Shown: positions 52,250 to 62,729 of the stretch, piece after piece
Layout: each line of letters starts with the position of its first letter
Position numbering within the stretch: position 1 is the stretch's first letter
From: Alphaproteobacteria bacterium
GTDB lineage: Bacteria > Pseudomonadota > Alphaproteobacteria > UBA9219
Length of the DNA: 64,000 nucleotides
NCBI GenBank assembly: GCA_031291395.1
Contig: JARLJD010000115.1
Coordinates: 846 to 64,845, forward strand
Direction of reading: 5' to 3'
Made by a program: the position numbers and the translations under genes
Notes under the pieces: generated by a model
The model's database searches: none
Seen by the model: only the letters and a program-made list of their open reading frames with translations
What the model was told of the DNA's origin: nothing

Positions 52250-52699
52250 CTACAGGATCAACATCTGGCGCAACAGCACGTCATAGACGGGAACGGGGGA
52301 GCCAACACCGTTCACCTGCCGCAGCAGTTCTTGCCGTATCCACGGGGTTGAACTGAAACGCGCGATTTCTTCCGGGGGCTCTTGAGAGAGAAAATCGTTG
52401 ATCTTGTCTGTTATGCGCGGCTGATAGCCTTCAAGAATAGCCTTGTCCTTGCTAGCGATTTCCAGAGAAATATCGACCTGCACCTGCGCTGAACTGTCTT
52501 TGCTTCCCACATCCACCATCATGCGCGGCAAATCGACATAGGTCATATCGGAGACGAAGGCATGCGCAACGGGAGCCGGATGTTTGATCAGCCCCGCTTG
52601 ATCGGCAACCAAATAGCCGCACGCGGCGAGCCCGACAAACAGGAGCACGCAGGCAACGTAAATCTGCACCATCCGCGATCTGGACGCGTTTTTGCTCAT
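52250..52699 (-). CDS. FliL-like flagellar basal-body-associated protein
   Basis: ~150 aa; N-terminal transmembrane helix; YVDLPRMMVDV...V.VDISLEI.... core conserved with FliL. Confidence 0.5.
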   Translation of the reverse strand: MSKNASRSRMVQIYVACVLLFVGLAACGYLVADQAGLIKHPAPVAHAFVSDMTYVDLPRMMVDVGSKDSSAQVQVDISLEIASKDKAILEGYQPRITDKINDFLSQEPPEEIARFSSTPWIRQELLRQVNGVGSPVPVYDVLLRQMLIL

Positions 52700-52828
52700 A
52701 AGCCGTCGCACATAACAGGCCTCCTGATTATGCGTTGATTGTACGCTTTTCTTGTTAAGAAGCTTTTAAAGATAAAATTGATTGTGTATTATTGGAAAAT
52801 TGTACGTTTCCCCTTCTGAAAGCATGTA

Positions 52829-53530
52829 ATGAGCAAGTGGCAAACCGATAAAAGTTCGGACCTCGTTTGGTGTCGCCCGATTTCCGCGCGGGAACAAAAG
52901 GAAGCCGTGGCCGAACGGCTTTCGCGGCGATTGAAGGACGGGGACGTCGTCGGAATCGGATCGGGTTCCACAAGTTTCCTGACGCTTTTGGCCTTGGCGC
53001 GGCGGGCCGCTGCCGAGTCCCTAAGTTTCACCGCCATTGCGACCTCGATCGAGATCGAGCGCGTTTGCGCGGCGCTTGGCGTTCCGACCGCCTCATTGGC
53101 CTGTTTGCGGCCGGACTGGAATTTCGACGGCGCTGACGAGGTCGACCCCGTCGGGCGGCTCATCAAAGGGCGCGGCGGCGCGATGTTTCGCGAAAAGCTG
53201 GTTATGGCGGCAAGCCTTGAACGCTATATAGTCGTCGATGAATCGAAAATGGTTTCGCGCCTCGGCGAAAAATTCGCCGTGCCGGTCGAGGTGGTTCCCG
53301 AAGCCGTCGATCTCGTCCGTCAACAGTTGGCGGCCTTGGGCGCGGTCGCAAGCGATTTGCGTTTGGCCGCGAGCAAAGACGGCCCGGTCGTGACGGAATT
53401 CGGCGGCATCATTCTGGATGTGCGGTTCAAAGACGCAGTTCCTTCCGAACAGGCTTTGGAAAGCCTCCCGGGCGTTGTTGCGACCGGATTATTCGACGGG
53501 TGGAAGTATACGCGGGTTGCGGCGGATTGA
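52829..53530 (+). CDS. rpiA: ribose-5-phosphate isomerase A
   Basis: GIGSGSTSF...DGADEVD...KGRGGA: RpiA motifs. Confidence 0.9.
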   Translation: MSKWQTDKSSDLVWCRPISAREQKEAVAERLSRRLKDGDVVGIGSGSTSFLTLLALARRAAAESLSFTAIATSIEIERVCAALGVPTASLACLRPDWNFDGADEVDPVGRLIKGRGGAMFREKLVMAASLERYIVVDESKMVSRLGEKFAVPVEVVPEAVDLVRQQLAALGAVASDLRLAASKDGPVVTEFGGIILDVRFKDAVPSEQALESLPGVVATGLFDGWKYTRVAAD

Positions 53531-53537
53531 TGTACTC

Positions 53538-53640
53538 TTGGTCGACACAAATTGTGACTTTCGTAGGAGCGGCTTGCACCCGCGACCGCTTGTTTTTTAC
53601 GGCAATGGTCGCGGCTGGAAGCCGCTCCTACGAAAAAGCA
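53538..53640. repeat. Family-2 long-hairpin repeat (copy 6)
   Basis: CACAAATTGTGACTTTCGTAGGAGCGGCTTGCACCCGCGAC...GTCGCGGCTGGAAGCCGCTCCTACGAAAAAGC. Confidence 0.85.
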
Positions 53641-53642
53641 GA

Positions 53643-54311
53643 TCAATGCCTCACCTCGCCGTCGTCCCCCGCTTGCGGCATTGCGGCCATTTCCAGCAAA
53701 GTCACCAGCATTTTCGCCCGCGCGGCGAAGCTCTCGGCTTCCAGAAGCGCTTGTTTTTCGTTGGGCGCAAGCGGGCAGATCATGACGATCGTCGGCAGCA
53801 GAACGTCGCTCGGCGCGTTTTTGACTACTTTCCAGTCGACGGAAATCGCGTTCTTCCTGAAATAAATCTGCATCAGTTCCAAAAGCCGGTCGCGGTCGAT
53901 GTCGGAAGGGTCGTTTTCGCCGAGATCGGTCAGATAAGGCTGCCAGTCGACGTCCACCGTGCGGAATAGGCGCATCCTTGGCTTCTCCCCCGTGACGCGG
54001 AAACGGCAGAGTCCTGTCAACACAATCTGCATGCGCCCGTCGTCGGTTTCGCTGAACGAGGTGATGCGCCCCGCGCAACCGACAGAATAAAGGGGAGGAT
54101 TGTCCATCTCCTCGTTCACGCTGGGCTGAAGCATGCCGATCAAACGGCCCTTGCCGAGCGCGTCTTCGACCAGAGCCAGATAGCGCGGCTCGGAAAGGAT
54201 CATCGGCAAACGCGCGTTCGGCAGCAAAACGGAACCCAATATCGGCAAGACCGGCAATTGCGCAGGCAATGCGGAAGGGTGGGTTTTCGCGGGCAGAACA
54301 AAGCTGGTCAT
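53643..54311 (-). CDS. LON N-terminal (substrate-binding) domain protein
   Basis: ~222 aa from MTSFVLPA; LPILGSVLLPNARLPMILSEPRY matches the LON-N domain. Overlaps the upstream thioredoxin gene by 4 bp. Confidence 0.7.
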   Translation of the reverse strand: MTSFVLPAKTHPSALPAQLPVLPILGSVLLPNARLPMILSEPRYLALVEDALGKGRLIGMLQPSVNEEMDNPPLYSVGCAGRITSFSETDDGRMQIVLTGLCRFRVTGEKPRMRLFRTVDVDWQPYLTDLGENDPSDIDRDRLLELMQIYFRKNAISVDWKVVKNAPSDVLLPTIVMICPLAPNEKQALLEAESFAARAKMLVTLLEMAAMPQAGDDGEVRH

Positions 54312-55234
54312 GAAAACAGAATCGAGGATAGGCGCTTGCGCGCGGAAATCGTCAAAGGATCGGTCGGACCGAAGGCTTCGAAAAACTTGACAAGCTGCTT
54401 GCGCGCCGCGTCTTCGTTCCATGTCCGCGCGCGGCGCACGATTTCCAGCAATTGATCCACGGCCTCGGGGTTGCGTCCGGCAGCGTAATAGGCCAAAGCG
54501 AGATCGAAACGCGCCGCGTGATCGGCGGGGTCTTTTTCCAAACGAGCTTCAAATTCCGCCGCTTTGCCCGCGCCTTTTCCCGCTTGCTCCGCCAGTTCGA
54601 TCGCGGCTCTAACGGCGTCGAAAGCTTTGTCTTTGGCGAGCGCGGCGGGCGCAGAGTCGAGCATCGCCCGCGCCTTGGCAATTTCGTTTTCTGCGAACAG
54701 GCAGCGCACCAGACCGGCATAGGCCTTGGCGTTTTCCGGCTCCATATCCAGAATGTCGGCGTAAATCGCCCGCGCCCTTGCAATGTCGCCCGTGGCCAGA
54801 TCATCCTCGGCCTGTTTGAAGGCGACATCCAGACCGGCTTTTTCCGCGCCGACGACGCCGGTCGCCTGCATCAACTGATCCAGCCACGCTTTAATCTGCG
54901 CCTCCGGCAAAGCCCCAGCAAAGGCGTCAACGGGACGGCCCTGATAAAACGCGTACACGCTTGGCACCGATTGCACGCCCATTTGCTGCGCGATCGCCTG
55001 ATTTTTGTCGATGTCGACTTTGGCCAGCCGCACCGCGCCGCCCGACGCGCGCGCCAGTTTTTCCAGCGCGCCAGTCAAGGACTTGCAAGAGGCGTCCCAC
55101 GCAGCGCAGAAAGCGACCAGCACCAAGGCCGCGCGCGAGGCTTCCAGAACATCGGCCTTAAAGCTCGCCAGCGTCACATCTTTGACAGCGTTATCTGGAA
55201 CCGAAGCGGTAGACGGAGAAAGCAAAGACGGCAT
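54308..55234 (-). CDS. thioredoxin-domain co-chaperone (YbbN/CnoX-like, Trx + TPR)
   Basis: Thioredoxin fold with a degenerate CxxC (WDASCKSL); C-terminal TPR-like helical repeats. Confidence 0.7.
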   Translation of the reverse strand: MPSLLSPSTASVPDNAVKDVTLASFKADVLEASRAALVLVAFCAAWDASCKSLTGALEKLARASGGAVRLAKVDIDKNQAIAQQMGVQSVPSVYAFYQGRPVDAFAGALPEAQIKAWLDQLMQATGVVGAEKAGLDVAFKQAEDDLATGDIARARAIYADILDMEPENAKAYAGLVRCLFAENEIAKARAMLDSAPAALAKDKAFDAVRAAIELAEQAGKGAGKAAEFEARLEKDPADHAARFDLALAYYAAGRNPEAVDQLLEIVRRARTWNEDAARKQLVKFFEAFGPTDPLTISARKRLSSILFS

Positions 55235-55655
55235 GAAGCGAACCTGCAAAAGGGATTTGTCTTATTTTATAGATAAGCCTTTTTCAGGAACCTTCGCAAG
55301 GACGTGATAAAACGCGCCCTTGCCTCATGCCGATATTCACCGCGTCGGGCAAGTCACCACTGCGCCGCAGCGGTGGCCATAAGGCCAGCACCCCGAATAA
55401 GACTCGTCATCCGTTATATATGTTCCTGTTGGCCGATCCGCGGCCTGAACCGCCGCATAGGCCGCGCCCGCATAGCCGACAAGCGTCAAGGCAACAAGCA
55501 AGGATAAAAGAGCCTTTGTCATGATACCCTCCTGTTTTTTTGTGAGTTTCGCAAGCGGGAGGCGGATCGTCCACCAGCCCGCCCTTAATTGGTACAACTA
55601 AGGTACTATTTCTGCGGGTTTTTGTCAATGGCGGCCATTCTAACCGAATCGCGAC

Positions 55656-56321
55656 CTACTTCACCTGCGGCAGTTGATCTTGTTTGGTCAAAGCGACGGT
55701 AACTTCCTTGGCTTTTTCCGGAGCCATTTGCGCCATAATCGGCGCTGTGCTTTTGGGCTTCATTTTCTGGATGACACCCAAAAGCACAGGCATATCCAGC
55801 GTGTTGAAAATTCTGGCCGCGTCTTCCGGCTTCATCGTTTCATAAATCTTGACCAGATTGGCGAGTTGCGCCTGCTGCGCCCCGCCTACTTGATCGACCA
55901 TCGACTGCAACTGTTTGCGCAGCGTTTCCATTTCCTTGATCTTTTGATCGATGCGCTGCTCCGTGATCTTCAACAGGGATGCGCGCGTGTCGAGATCGCC
56001 GGATCGTTTATCCAGTTGCGCGCGCCGGTCGGAAAGCTGTTTCAGGACATCAAGCTCGGCGGGCGACGCATCGGCGCTGGGCGGCGACGCTGCCAGAGCC
56101 GGTTCAACCGGCGTGTCCGGCGCTTTGGCTGGAGGCGGCGCTTCCTTTTCTGGTGCAGCGGCGCTCGGCGAACTGGCATCTTGGGCTTGCGCCGTTTCCA
56201 ACGTCAATTTTCCCGACGAAAGGACGCTCCGCATATCGTTGATGCGCAGCCCCATAACCAAAACGCCGAGCAAAATCGCGAGGGGAAGAAGCACGCGCGG
56301 ACTGAAAAGATATTTGGTCAT
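55656..56321 (-). CDS. flagellar-cluster periplasmic coiled-coil protein (MotE-like)
   Basis: 221 aa; signal peptide/transmembrane helix, Pro/Ala-rich linker, coiled-coil C-terminus; downstream of fliM in the same orientation. Confidence 0.4.
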   Translation of the reverse strand: MTKYLFSPRVLLPLAILLGVLVMGLRINDMRSVLSSGKLTLETAQAQDASSPSAAAPEKEAPPPAKAPDTPVEPALAASPPSADASPAELDVLKQLSDRRAQLDKRSGDLDTRASLLKITEQRIDQKIKEMETLRKQLQSMVDQVGGAQQAQLANLVKIYETMKPEDAARIFNTLDMPVLLGVIQKMKPKSTAPIMAQMAPEKAKEVTVALTKQDQLPQVK

Positions 56322-56328
56322 AACGCCC

Positions 56329-56826
56329 TCAGCTCAGTTTCTGTAAAGCTTGCAGCAATTCCTGTTCGGCGCGCGAGGGGGGGGACGCATCTGGCTTTTC
56401 CGCAGGCGGCGAGGCGGGTTTGTTGGCCGCCCTTTTTTCGACCGGCGCTGTCGGCTTGCTGGCCTCTTTCGCCGGAGCTTGCGGCTTCTTGTCTGTCTGC
56501 AAAACGTTCGAGGCCGAAGCGCTGAGCCTTTCGGCGACGCCGTCGGCGCTGTCGACGATGAAGTTAAGCTCGTCGCGCACCATACCCGCTTTTTGAACCA
56601 GTTTTTCCAGATCGTCGCCGCTTTCGCGCGCAGCGGCGCGCAGCATCTTGATGCCCGCCTCTGCCCTAAGGACGGCATTGTTGAAATCGCGCACAAAGCG
56701 TTCCATCTCGGCGCGCGATGCGCGCAAATCCCGAAGTTGGCTGATCAGGCGGATCGCCTGAAAGATGCCGACGCCGACCACGACGATCAGGATCGCATCA
56801 AGAATAATGGCGGCCCATTCGCTCAT
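56329..56826 (-). CDS. flagellar-cluster membrane protein (hypothetical)
   Basis: 165 aa; N-terminal transmembrane helix then coiled coil; between fliM and the MotE-like gene. Confidence 0.4.
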   Translation of the reverse strand: MSEWAAIILDAILIVVVGVGIFQAIRLISQLRDLRASRAEMERFVRDFNNAVLRAEAGIKMLRAAARESGDDLEKLVQKAGMVRDELNFIVDSADGVAERLSASASNVLQTDKKPQAPAKEASKPTAPVEKRAANKPASPPAEKPDASPPSRAEQELLQALQKLS

Positions 56827-56838
56827 AGCGTTTCCCTA

Positions 56839-57906
56839 TCACAATTCGTCTTCGTGCTTGTGAAGCGTAATTTCCTCGACCCGCACCGCAACGTGATCGT
56901 TCAGCGATCCCATACGGCCTTGAAACAACGTCACGTCGCCCGCGCGCAGCGAAACCAGATCGTCGGCCTTGACGTTCAGCATCAGGCGCGAGCCGGGCTT
57001 CCAGTTCATGACCTCGTACAACGGCACCGTCACCTCGTCCAGAACCGCGCGCATCCGCATGTCGGTCATCAAAAGCTCGTTGCCCAAATGGTTTTCCCAA
57101 ATGCTGTCGCGGCCGAATTTTTCGCCCATGAACATTTGCAAGAGCAATTCGCGGATCGGCTCCAGCGTCGCATAGGGGATCAGGACTTCGATGCGTCCGC
57201 CCCGATCTTCCATGTCGATGCGCAACTTGGCCAACACAGCGGCGTTGGCAGGGCGGGCGATCGTGGCGAAGCGCGGATTGGTTTCAAGCCTATCGAAACG
57301 GAACGTCACGGGCGACAACGGATCGAACGCGCCCGACATATCGGCCAGCACGACGCGCACCAGCCGTTCGACCAGATTGCGTTCGATCGTTGTATAAGGC
57401 CGCCCTTCGATGCGCATCTGCGCCGTGCCGCGCCGCCCGCCAAGCAACACGTCGACGATCGAATAGATCATCGCGCTGTCGATCGTCATAAGCCCCGAAT
57501 TGTCCCATTCCTCGGCTTTGAACACGCACAACATTGCGGGCAAGGGAATCGAGTTCAGATAATCGCCGAAACGCACCGAGGTGATCTGATCAAGGCTGAC
57601 TTCAACGTTGTCCGAGGTAAAGTTGCGCAGCGAGGTCGACATCATGCGCACCAGCCGGTCGAACACGACCTCCAGCATCGGCAGGCGTTCGTAATTGACG
57701 AGCGCGCTGTTGATAAGCGCCATGATGCCGGAATTTTCCTGACCGTCGGCATTGGCGTCGCCGAAGCCGAGGAGGCTGTCGATTTCATTTTGCGACAGAA
57801 CGCGCGCGGAACTTCCGTCTTCCGCGCCTTCGGCCGAAGATGCTGCCTCCCATTCGGCGGCCATCTTCTCTTCTTCGGTCATTTCCTTTTCAGGTGTATC
57901 AGCCAT
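56839..57906 (-). CDS. fliM: flagellar motor switch protein FliM
   Basis: 355 aa; LSQNEIDSLLGF N-terminus; CheC-like middle domain; C-terminal FliN-like SpoA domain. Confidence 0.85.
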   Translation of the reverse strand: MADTPEKEMTEEEKMAAEWEAASSAEGAEDGSSARVLSQNEIDSLLGFGDANADGQENSGIMALINSALVNYERLPMLEVVFDRLVRMMSTSLRNFTSDNVEVSLDQITSVRFGDYLNSIPLPAMLCVFKAEEWDNSGLMTIDSAMIYSIVDVLLGGRRGTAQMRIEGRPYTTIERNLVERLVRVVLADMSGAFDPLSPVTFRFDRLETNPRFATIARPANAAVLAKLRIDMEDRGGRIEVLIPYATLEPIRELLLQMFMGEKFGRDSIWENHLGNELLMTDMRMRAVLDEVTVPLYEVMNWKPGSRLMLNVKADDLVSLRAGDVTLFQGRMGSLNDHVAVRVEEITLHKHEDEL

Positions 57907-58457
57907 TACTGCACCAGCATCTCCTGAAATAAAACATCGCGAATGCGCACGGGCTGCGCGGCTTCGGTCACGCGCATCAGCAGCTCCTCGCGCAAACGGT
58001 ACAGACCGGCGGAGCCGCGCAAATCCTCGATGCGCAGCTCGCGCAGATAAATCTGGAAATTGTCGATGATGCGCGGCTTGATCTGGTCGATCAGCGGCGT
58101 GTCCTTCGCGTCGGCCAGTTCCAGCGTGACTTTCACCTTGAGATAATGCGGATGATTGCCCTCGCCGCTCAGATTCACGATCATGTCGCCGAGCGGATAA
58201 TAAACCGGCTTGCCTTTCGTATCTTCCGCGCCCGCGACGGGTTTGTCGGCGTCGGTTTTATGCCCCATCATGAAGAACGCGCCCGCGCCGCCGCCCAGAA
58301 TAATAACCGCCGCAACCGCGCCGATGATCATCAGCTTCTTTTTCTTAGCCTTGGCGGCATCGGCTTCCAAGGCTTCGCCCTCGGCGGCGCCTTCTTTTTC
58401 CTCGCCTGCTTCCTCGGCATCCTTTTTCTTTGCGTCTTCGGCCACAGTCAACCCCAC
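57906..58457 (-). CDS. fliL: flagellar basal-body-associated protein FliL
   Basis: 183 aa; transmembrane helix; YYPLGDMIVNL...YLKVKVTLEL...KPRIIDNFQIYL is the FliL signature. Overlaps the fliM start. Confidence 0.8.
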   Translation of the reverse strand: MGLTVAEDAKKKDAEEAGEEKEGAAEGEALEADAAKAKKKKLMIIGAVAAVIILGGGAGAFFMMGHKTDADKPVAGAEDTKGKPVYYPLGDMIVNLSGEGNHPHYLKVKVTLELADAKDTPLIDQIKPRIIDNFQIYLRELRIEDLRGSAGLYRLREELLMRVTEAAQPVRIRDVLFQEMLVQ

Positions 58458-58832
58458 GGAAAAGAACCTGTCCTCGCGAAAGCGGGGATCAGGGAGGAGG
58501 AACGAATCGCCCCAAACCCACTATCCTGTTCTTTATCCCATTAACCAGAGATGGTTAACAAGTGATTAGGCTGGGAATGTAACCCGTTAAACGAGCGCTG
58601 TCACCTTATTAACCCAAAACCACTTAATCATCCTTGAAATTTTTAAAACCGCCATGCTCTCTAAAAATTTTATTACGCCCCCCTACCCGCATTATGAGTA
58701 AAAATCCGCTCACGATCTCGGCTTTTGAGACAAAAATCGTGGACAGCATCCGAGATCAAATAAAATTGTGCGGATGTTTTGCATAAGCCATTGTTCCTAA
58801 TTATGCCGTCCAAATAAAGGATTGCGCGGTCT

Positions 58833-59525
58833 TCAAGTTTCAGCCGCCATGATTCGGTTTGCCAACACGCTCCGCGCAACGTCGGGGGTCAGATGGGCGA
58901 GGCTTGGCAGCACGAGATCTGCCAAGGAGAAATCGTTATGTCGGGTCGTTTCCGTCGGGACGATAATCACAGACATCCCTGCCTCTTTGGCGGCCTTGGC
59001 GTCTTTCTCTGCGTCGCCGACTATTAAACAATGGGAGGGTTGAATATGAAATGAATCCGCAATGTATTTGAAGCGCGAAGACTTTGCGCTTCTTCCCCAT
59101 TTTTCCTTGTCCCACGGCATGTCACTTGATGCGATCATTTTGAAGAAATCTTCAATCTGAAAAAGACGCAAAATCTTCACGACATCCTCTTTGGCAGACG
59201 TCGAATCGACAGTGAGAACATATTTTGATGCCAAACTGGAGACAGCCTTATAAGCGCCAGACATGAGGACGATTCGCTCAGAAAGCTTTTCCCGAAATAC
59301 GCTATCTTTCTGCTCCTTCAGTTGATTGGCCATGTTCAACAAATGGGCGCAGCCATGTTTTTGTAATGTGAAATCCAGACTGTGGCCGTGACGCGTCCAG
59401 TCTTCGGAAAACTCTTCAAATTTGAAATCAATGCCGTACGCGGCAAGCACATCCTTATAGGCCATCCAATGAGCCCGTTCGGAATCGACAAGGGTGCCGT
59501 TGAGGTCGAAAATCACAACATCCAT
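58833..59525 (-). CDS. HAD-superfamily hydrolase
   Basis: MDVVIFDLNGTLVDSE (DxDGT-type motif I) and C-terminal GDAEKD. Confidence 0.75.
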   Translation of the reverse strand: MDVVIFDLNGTLVDSERAHWMAYKDVLAAYGIDFKFEEFSEDWTRHGHSLDFTLQKHGCAHLLNMANQLKEQKDSVFREKLSERIVLMSGAYKAVSSLASKYVLTVDSTSAKEDVVKILRLFQIEDFFKMIASSDMPWDKEKWGRSAKSSRFKYIADSFHIQPSHCLIVGDAEKDAKAAKEAGMSVIIVPTETTRHNDFSLADLVLPSLAHLTPDVARSVLANRIMAAET

Positions 59526-59688
59526 AGGATATGTCCCGCTAACGGATATTATTCATGAGTCATTATTCTGGATTGTTCTGGCCGAGTAAAGGCTTTCATA
59601 TCTATCAAATTCCAACCGTGATATTGCCCCTCTCGCGCGATGCTGTTATGTTCCCGCTTTCTCATTCATCATGCAGAACAGGTTTTTC

Positions 59689-60888
59689 ATGTCAGAATTT
59701 CTTACCCTTGACAGTATCTCTCTCGCTAACAAAACTGTTTTGTTGCGCGCCGGTCTTGATGTGCCGGTGAAAGACGGCGTTGTGACCGATACCGTGCGTT
59801 TGACGCGCCTGATCCCGACTCTCAAAGACTTGTCGCAAGCCAAGGCCAAAATCGTCATTCTGGCGCATTTTGGCCGCCCCGGCGGACAACGCAATGCGAA
59901 ATACAGCTTGCGCCCCGTGGTGGAGGAATTGCAAAAAATCTGGGGGCAGCCCATCGCTTTTGCCGACGATTGCATCGGACCTGTCGCCGCCGCCGCAATT
60001 ACCGCCTTGCCGTTCGGGCAGATTCTGGTTCTGGAAAACACGCGTTTTCATGCGGGCGAGGAACAAAACGATCCCGCATTCGCGGCGCAGCTGGCCGCGC
60101 TCGGTGAAGTCTATGTCAACGACGCGTTTTCGGCTGCGCATCGTGCCCATGCAACAACCACAGCTCTAGCGCGGCTTCTGCCCCACGCCGCAGGCCGCCT
60201 GATGCAAGCCGAACTCGAAGCGTTGAAAAAAGCCTTGGGCAAACCGCAACGTCCGGTCGCGGCTTTGGTCGGCGGGTCGAAAATTTCGACCAAGCTCGAT
60301 TTGCTGGAAAATCTGATTACGAAAGTCGACGTGCTGGTGTTGGGCGGCGGCATGGCGAATACTTTTCTGGCGGCGCAAGGCGTCAACGTCGGCAAATCGT
60401 TGCATGAGGTCGACATGCTTGACACCGCCCGCGCAATTGCGGCCAAAGCGGTCGTGCGGCATTGCCGCATCCTCTTGCCCTCCGACGCCGTTGTCGCCAC
60501 GGCTTTGCAAGCCAACATCGCCGCGCAAACGGTAAACGTCAACGCTGTTCCGGCGGACAGCATGATTCTCGACATCGGCCCGCAATCGGCTGCCGCCATC
60601 GGCGAGGCTTTGAAAACCTGTCAAACCGTGGTCTGGAACGGCCCCCTCGGCGCGTTCGAATTCCCGCCTTTCGACCAGTCCACTGTGGCCATCGCCAAAG
60701 CCGTCGCCTATCTGACCAAACAAGGCAAAATTCTCTCCGTGGCCGGAGGCGGCGACACCGTTTCCGCCCTGACCCACGCCGGAGTCACGGAAGACCTCAC
60801 CTATGTCTCAACCGCAGGCGGCGCGTTTCTGGAATGGATGGAAGGCAAGACATTGCCGGGTGTCGCTGCGCTGGAAGTCACTCAATAA
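59689..60888 (+). CDS. pgk: phosphoglycerate kinase
   Basis: ~399 aa from MSEFLTL; VLLRAGLDVP, HFGRPGG and GGGMANTFL motifs. Confidence 0.95.
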   Translation: MSEFLTLDSISLANKTVLLRAGLDVPVKDGVVTDTVRLTRLIPTLKDLSQAKAKIVILAHFGRPGGQRNAKYSLRPVVEELQKIWGQPIAFADDCIGPVAAAAITALPFGQILVLENTRFHAGEEQNDPAFAAQLAALGEVYVNDAFSAAHRAHATTTALARLLPHAAGRLMQAELEALKKALGKPQRPVAALVGGSKISTKLDLLENLITKVDVLVLGGGMANTFLAAQGVNVGKSLHEVDMLDTARAIAAKAVVRHCRILLPSDAVVATALQANIAAQTVNVNAVPADSMILDIGPQSAAAIGEALKTCQTVVWNGPLGAFEFPPFDQSTVAIAKAVAYLTKQGKILSVAGGGDTVSALTHAGVTEDLTYVSTAGGAFLEWMEGKTLPGVAALEVTQ

Positions 60889-61043
60889 TCAGTTCCCCCT
60901 TGCCCCACCAGAGATAGGGGTCTCTAGCCGCAGATAAAGCAGAAAGATTCCACTTGCTTTATCCACAGCTAGAAGCCCCTTTCTTGTGTCCCCTTCTCTC
61001 CCGTGCTACAAAAACACCGAACACACCGCTAACACATCCCCCC

Positions 61044-62576
61044 ATGGTCGCCCGCGTCACCACTGTCGCCTTCGAAGGCACAAACGTTCTCGACATCGAC
61101 GTGCAGGTGCAAATGTCGTCGGGGATGCCAAAATTCAATCTGGTCGGCCTGCCCGACAAAGCCGTCGCCGAAAGCCGCGAACGCGTCCGCGCCGCCTTGT
61201 TCGCTTTGGGCCTGTCGCTGCCCGCCAAACACATCGCCGTCAATCTCGCGCCCGCCGATGTGCTTAAAGAAGGCTCGCATTTCGATCTTCCGATCGCGCT
61301 GGCCTTGCTGGCCGCGATGCGCGTGTTGCCGCCTGAAGAGATTTCCCATTACACCGCTTTGGGCGAACTCGCGCTCGACGGTGCCTTATCGCCCGTGGCC
61401 GGAGTCCTGCCCGCCGCTGTAACCGCCAGCGCCGCAGGCCGCGGCCTGATCTGCCCCGCCAAAAATGGCGGCGAGGCCGTCTGGGCGGGCGAATTGGAAG
61501 TTTTGGCCGCGCCGTCTCTTCTCGCCCTCATCAATCATTTCAAGGGCACGCAGGTGTTGGGTCGCCCCGAAGCGCGATTGCAGACCGAGGACGGGGGTTA
61601 TGCCGATCTGCGCGACATCAAAGGACAAGAAACCGCCAAACGCGCGCTGGAAGTCGCGGCAGCCGGAGGGCATAATCTGCTGATGATTGGCCCGCCCGGC
61701 TCCGGCAAAAGCATGCTGGCCGCACGGCTACCCGGCATTCTGCCGCCGCTCGCCCCCGACGAAGCGCTTGAAATTTCAATGATCCATTCGCTGGCGGGCT
61801 TGCTTGATGAAGGCAAATTGCTGCGCCGCCGCCCCTTCCGCGATCCCCATCATTCCGCCTCGCTGCCCTCGCTGGTGGGGGGAGGCGTCCGAGCCAAACC
61901 CGGGGAAATATCGCTGGCGCATAACGGCGTTTTGTTCCTCGACGAATTGCCGGAATTCCAGCGCCCCACGCTCGAAGCCCTGCGCCAGCCGATGGAAACA
62001 GGCCGCGCCGTCGTCTCGCGCGCCAATCACCACGTCACCTATCCCGCGCGCGTGCAATTGATCGCCGCGATGAACCCGTGCCGCTGCGGACATATGGCCG
62101 ACGCTTCCCGCGCCTGTGGCCGTGCGCCCAAATGCGCGGCAGACTATCAATCGCGCATCTCCGGCCCCTTGTTTGACCGCATCGACTGCCACGTCGACGT
62201 CCCCGCCGTCAGCGCCGCCGATCTCAGCCTGCCGCCCCCCGCAGAGGACAGCGCAATCGTGGCCGCGCGAGTCCTCGCCGCGCGGGAAGCCCAAACCGCG
62301 CGCTATCAAGCTTTGGCGAACGATAACGCCGCCCTTCCCCCGCCCCGCACCAATGCCGAAGTCGACGGCGAAATGTTGGAAAAAGTCGCCGCCCCCGACC
62401 AAGCCGGCCGCGACCTCCTAACCAAAGCCGCCGAGCAAATGAAACTCTCCGCGCGCGGTTATCACCGCGTTTTGCGCGTAGCGCGGACCCTCGCCGATAT
62501 GGAAGGGAAAGACAGCGTGCAGCGTTTGCACATAGCCGAAGCGCTGAGTTACAGACGGCTGAATTTAGGGAAATAG
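61044..62576 (+). CDS. YifB/ComM-family Mg-chelatase-like AAA+ ATPase
   Basis: Lon-protease-like N-domain; Walker A GPPGSGKSML; AAA+ core; ~510 aa from MVARVTTVAF. Confidence 0.85.
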   Translation: MVARVTTVAFEGTNVLDIDVQVQMSSGMPKFNLVGLPDKAVAESRERVRAALFALGLSLPAKHIAVNLAPADVLKEGSHFDLPIALALLAAMRVLPPEEISHYTALGELALDGALSPVAGVLPAAVTASAAGRGLICPAKNGGEAVWAGELEVLAAPSLLALINHFKGTQVLGRPEARLQTEDGGYADLRDIKGQETAKRALEVAAAGGHNLLMIGPPGSGKSMLAARLPGILPPLAPDEALEISMIHSLAGLLDEGKLLRRRPFRDPHHSASLPSLVGGGVRAKPGEISLAHNGVLFLDELPEFQRPTLEALRQPMETGRAVVSRANHHVTYPARVQLIAAMNPCRCGHMADASRACGRAPKCAADYQSRISGPLFDRIDCHVDVPAVSAADLSLPPPAEDSAIVAARVLAAREAQTARYQALANDNAALPPPRTNAEVDGEMLEKVAAPDQAGRDLLTKAAEQMKLSARGYHRVLRVARTLADMEGKDSVQRLHIAEALSYRRLNLGK

Positions 62577-62595
62577 GTTGCCTTTAAATCAGGAT

Positions 62596-62680
62596 TTTTT
62601 GTCATTCCGGAAAATTTGCTTTTTTGCCCTTGCTTGCAAAAATGCAAATTTATCCGGAATCCCATTTGGTTTCTCTTCTC
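62596..62680. repeat. Family-3 palindromic repeat (copy 4)
   Basis: GTCATTCCGGAAAATTTGC...GCAAATTTATCCGGAATCCCATTTGG. Confidence 0.75.
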
Positions 62681-62729
62681 TTATCTCAAACAACGCCATA
62701 CAATGCTTTCATCATTTTAGGAGAACCCC

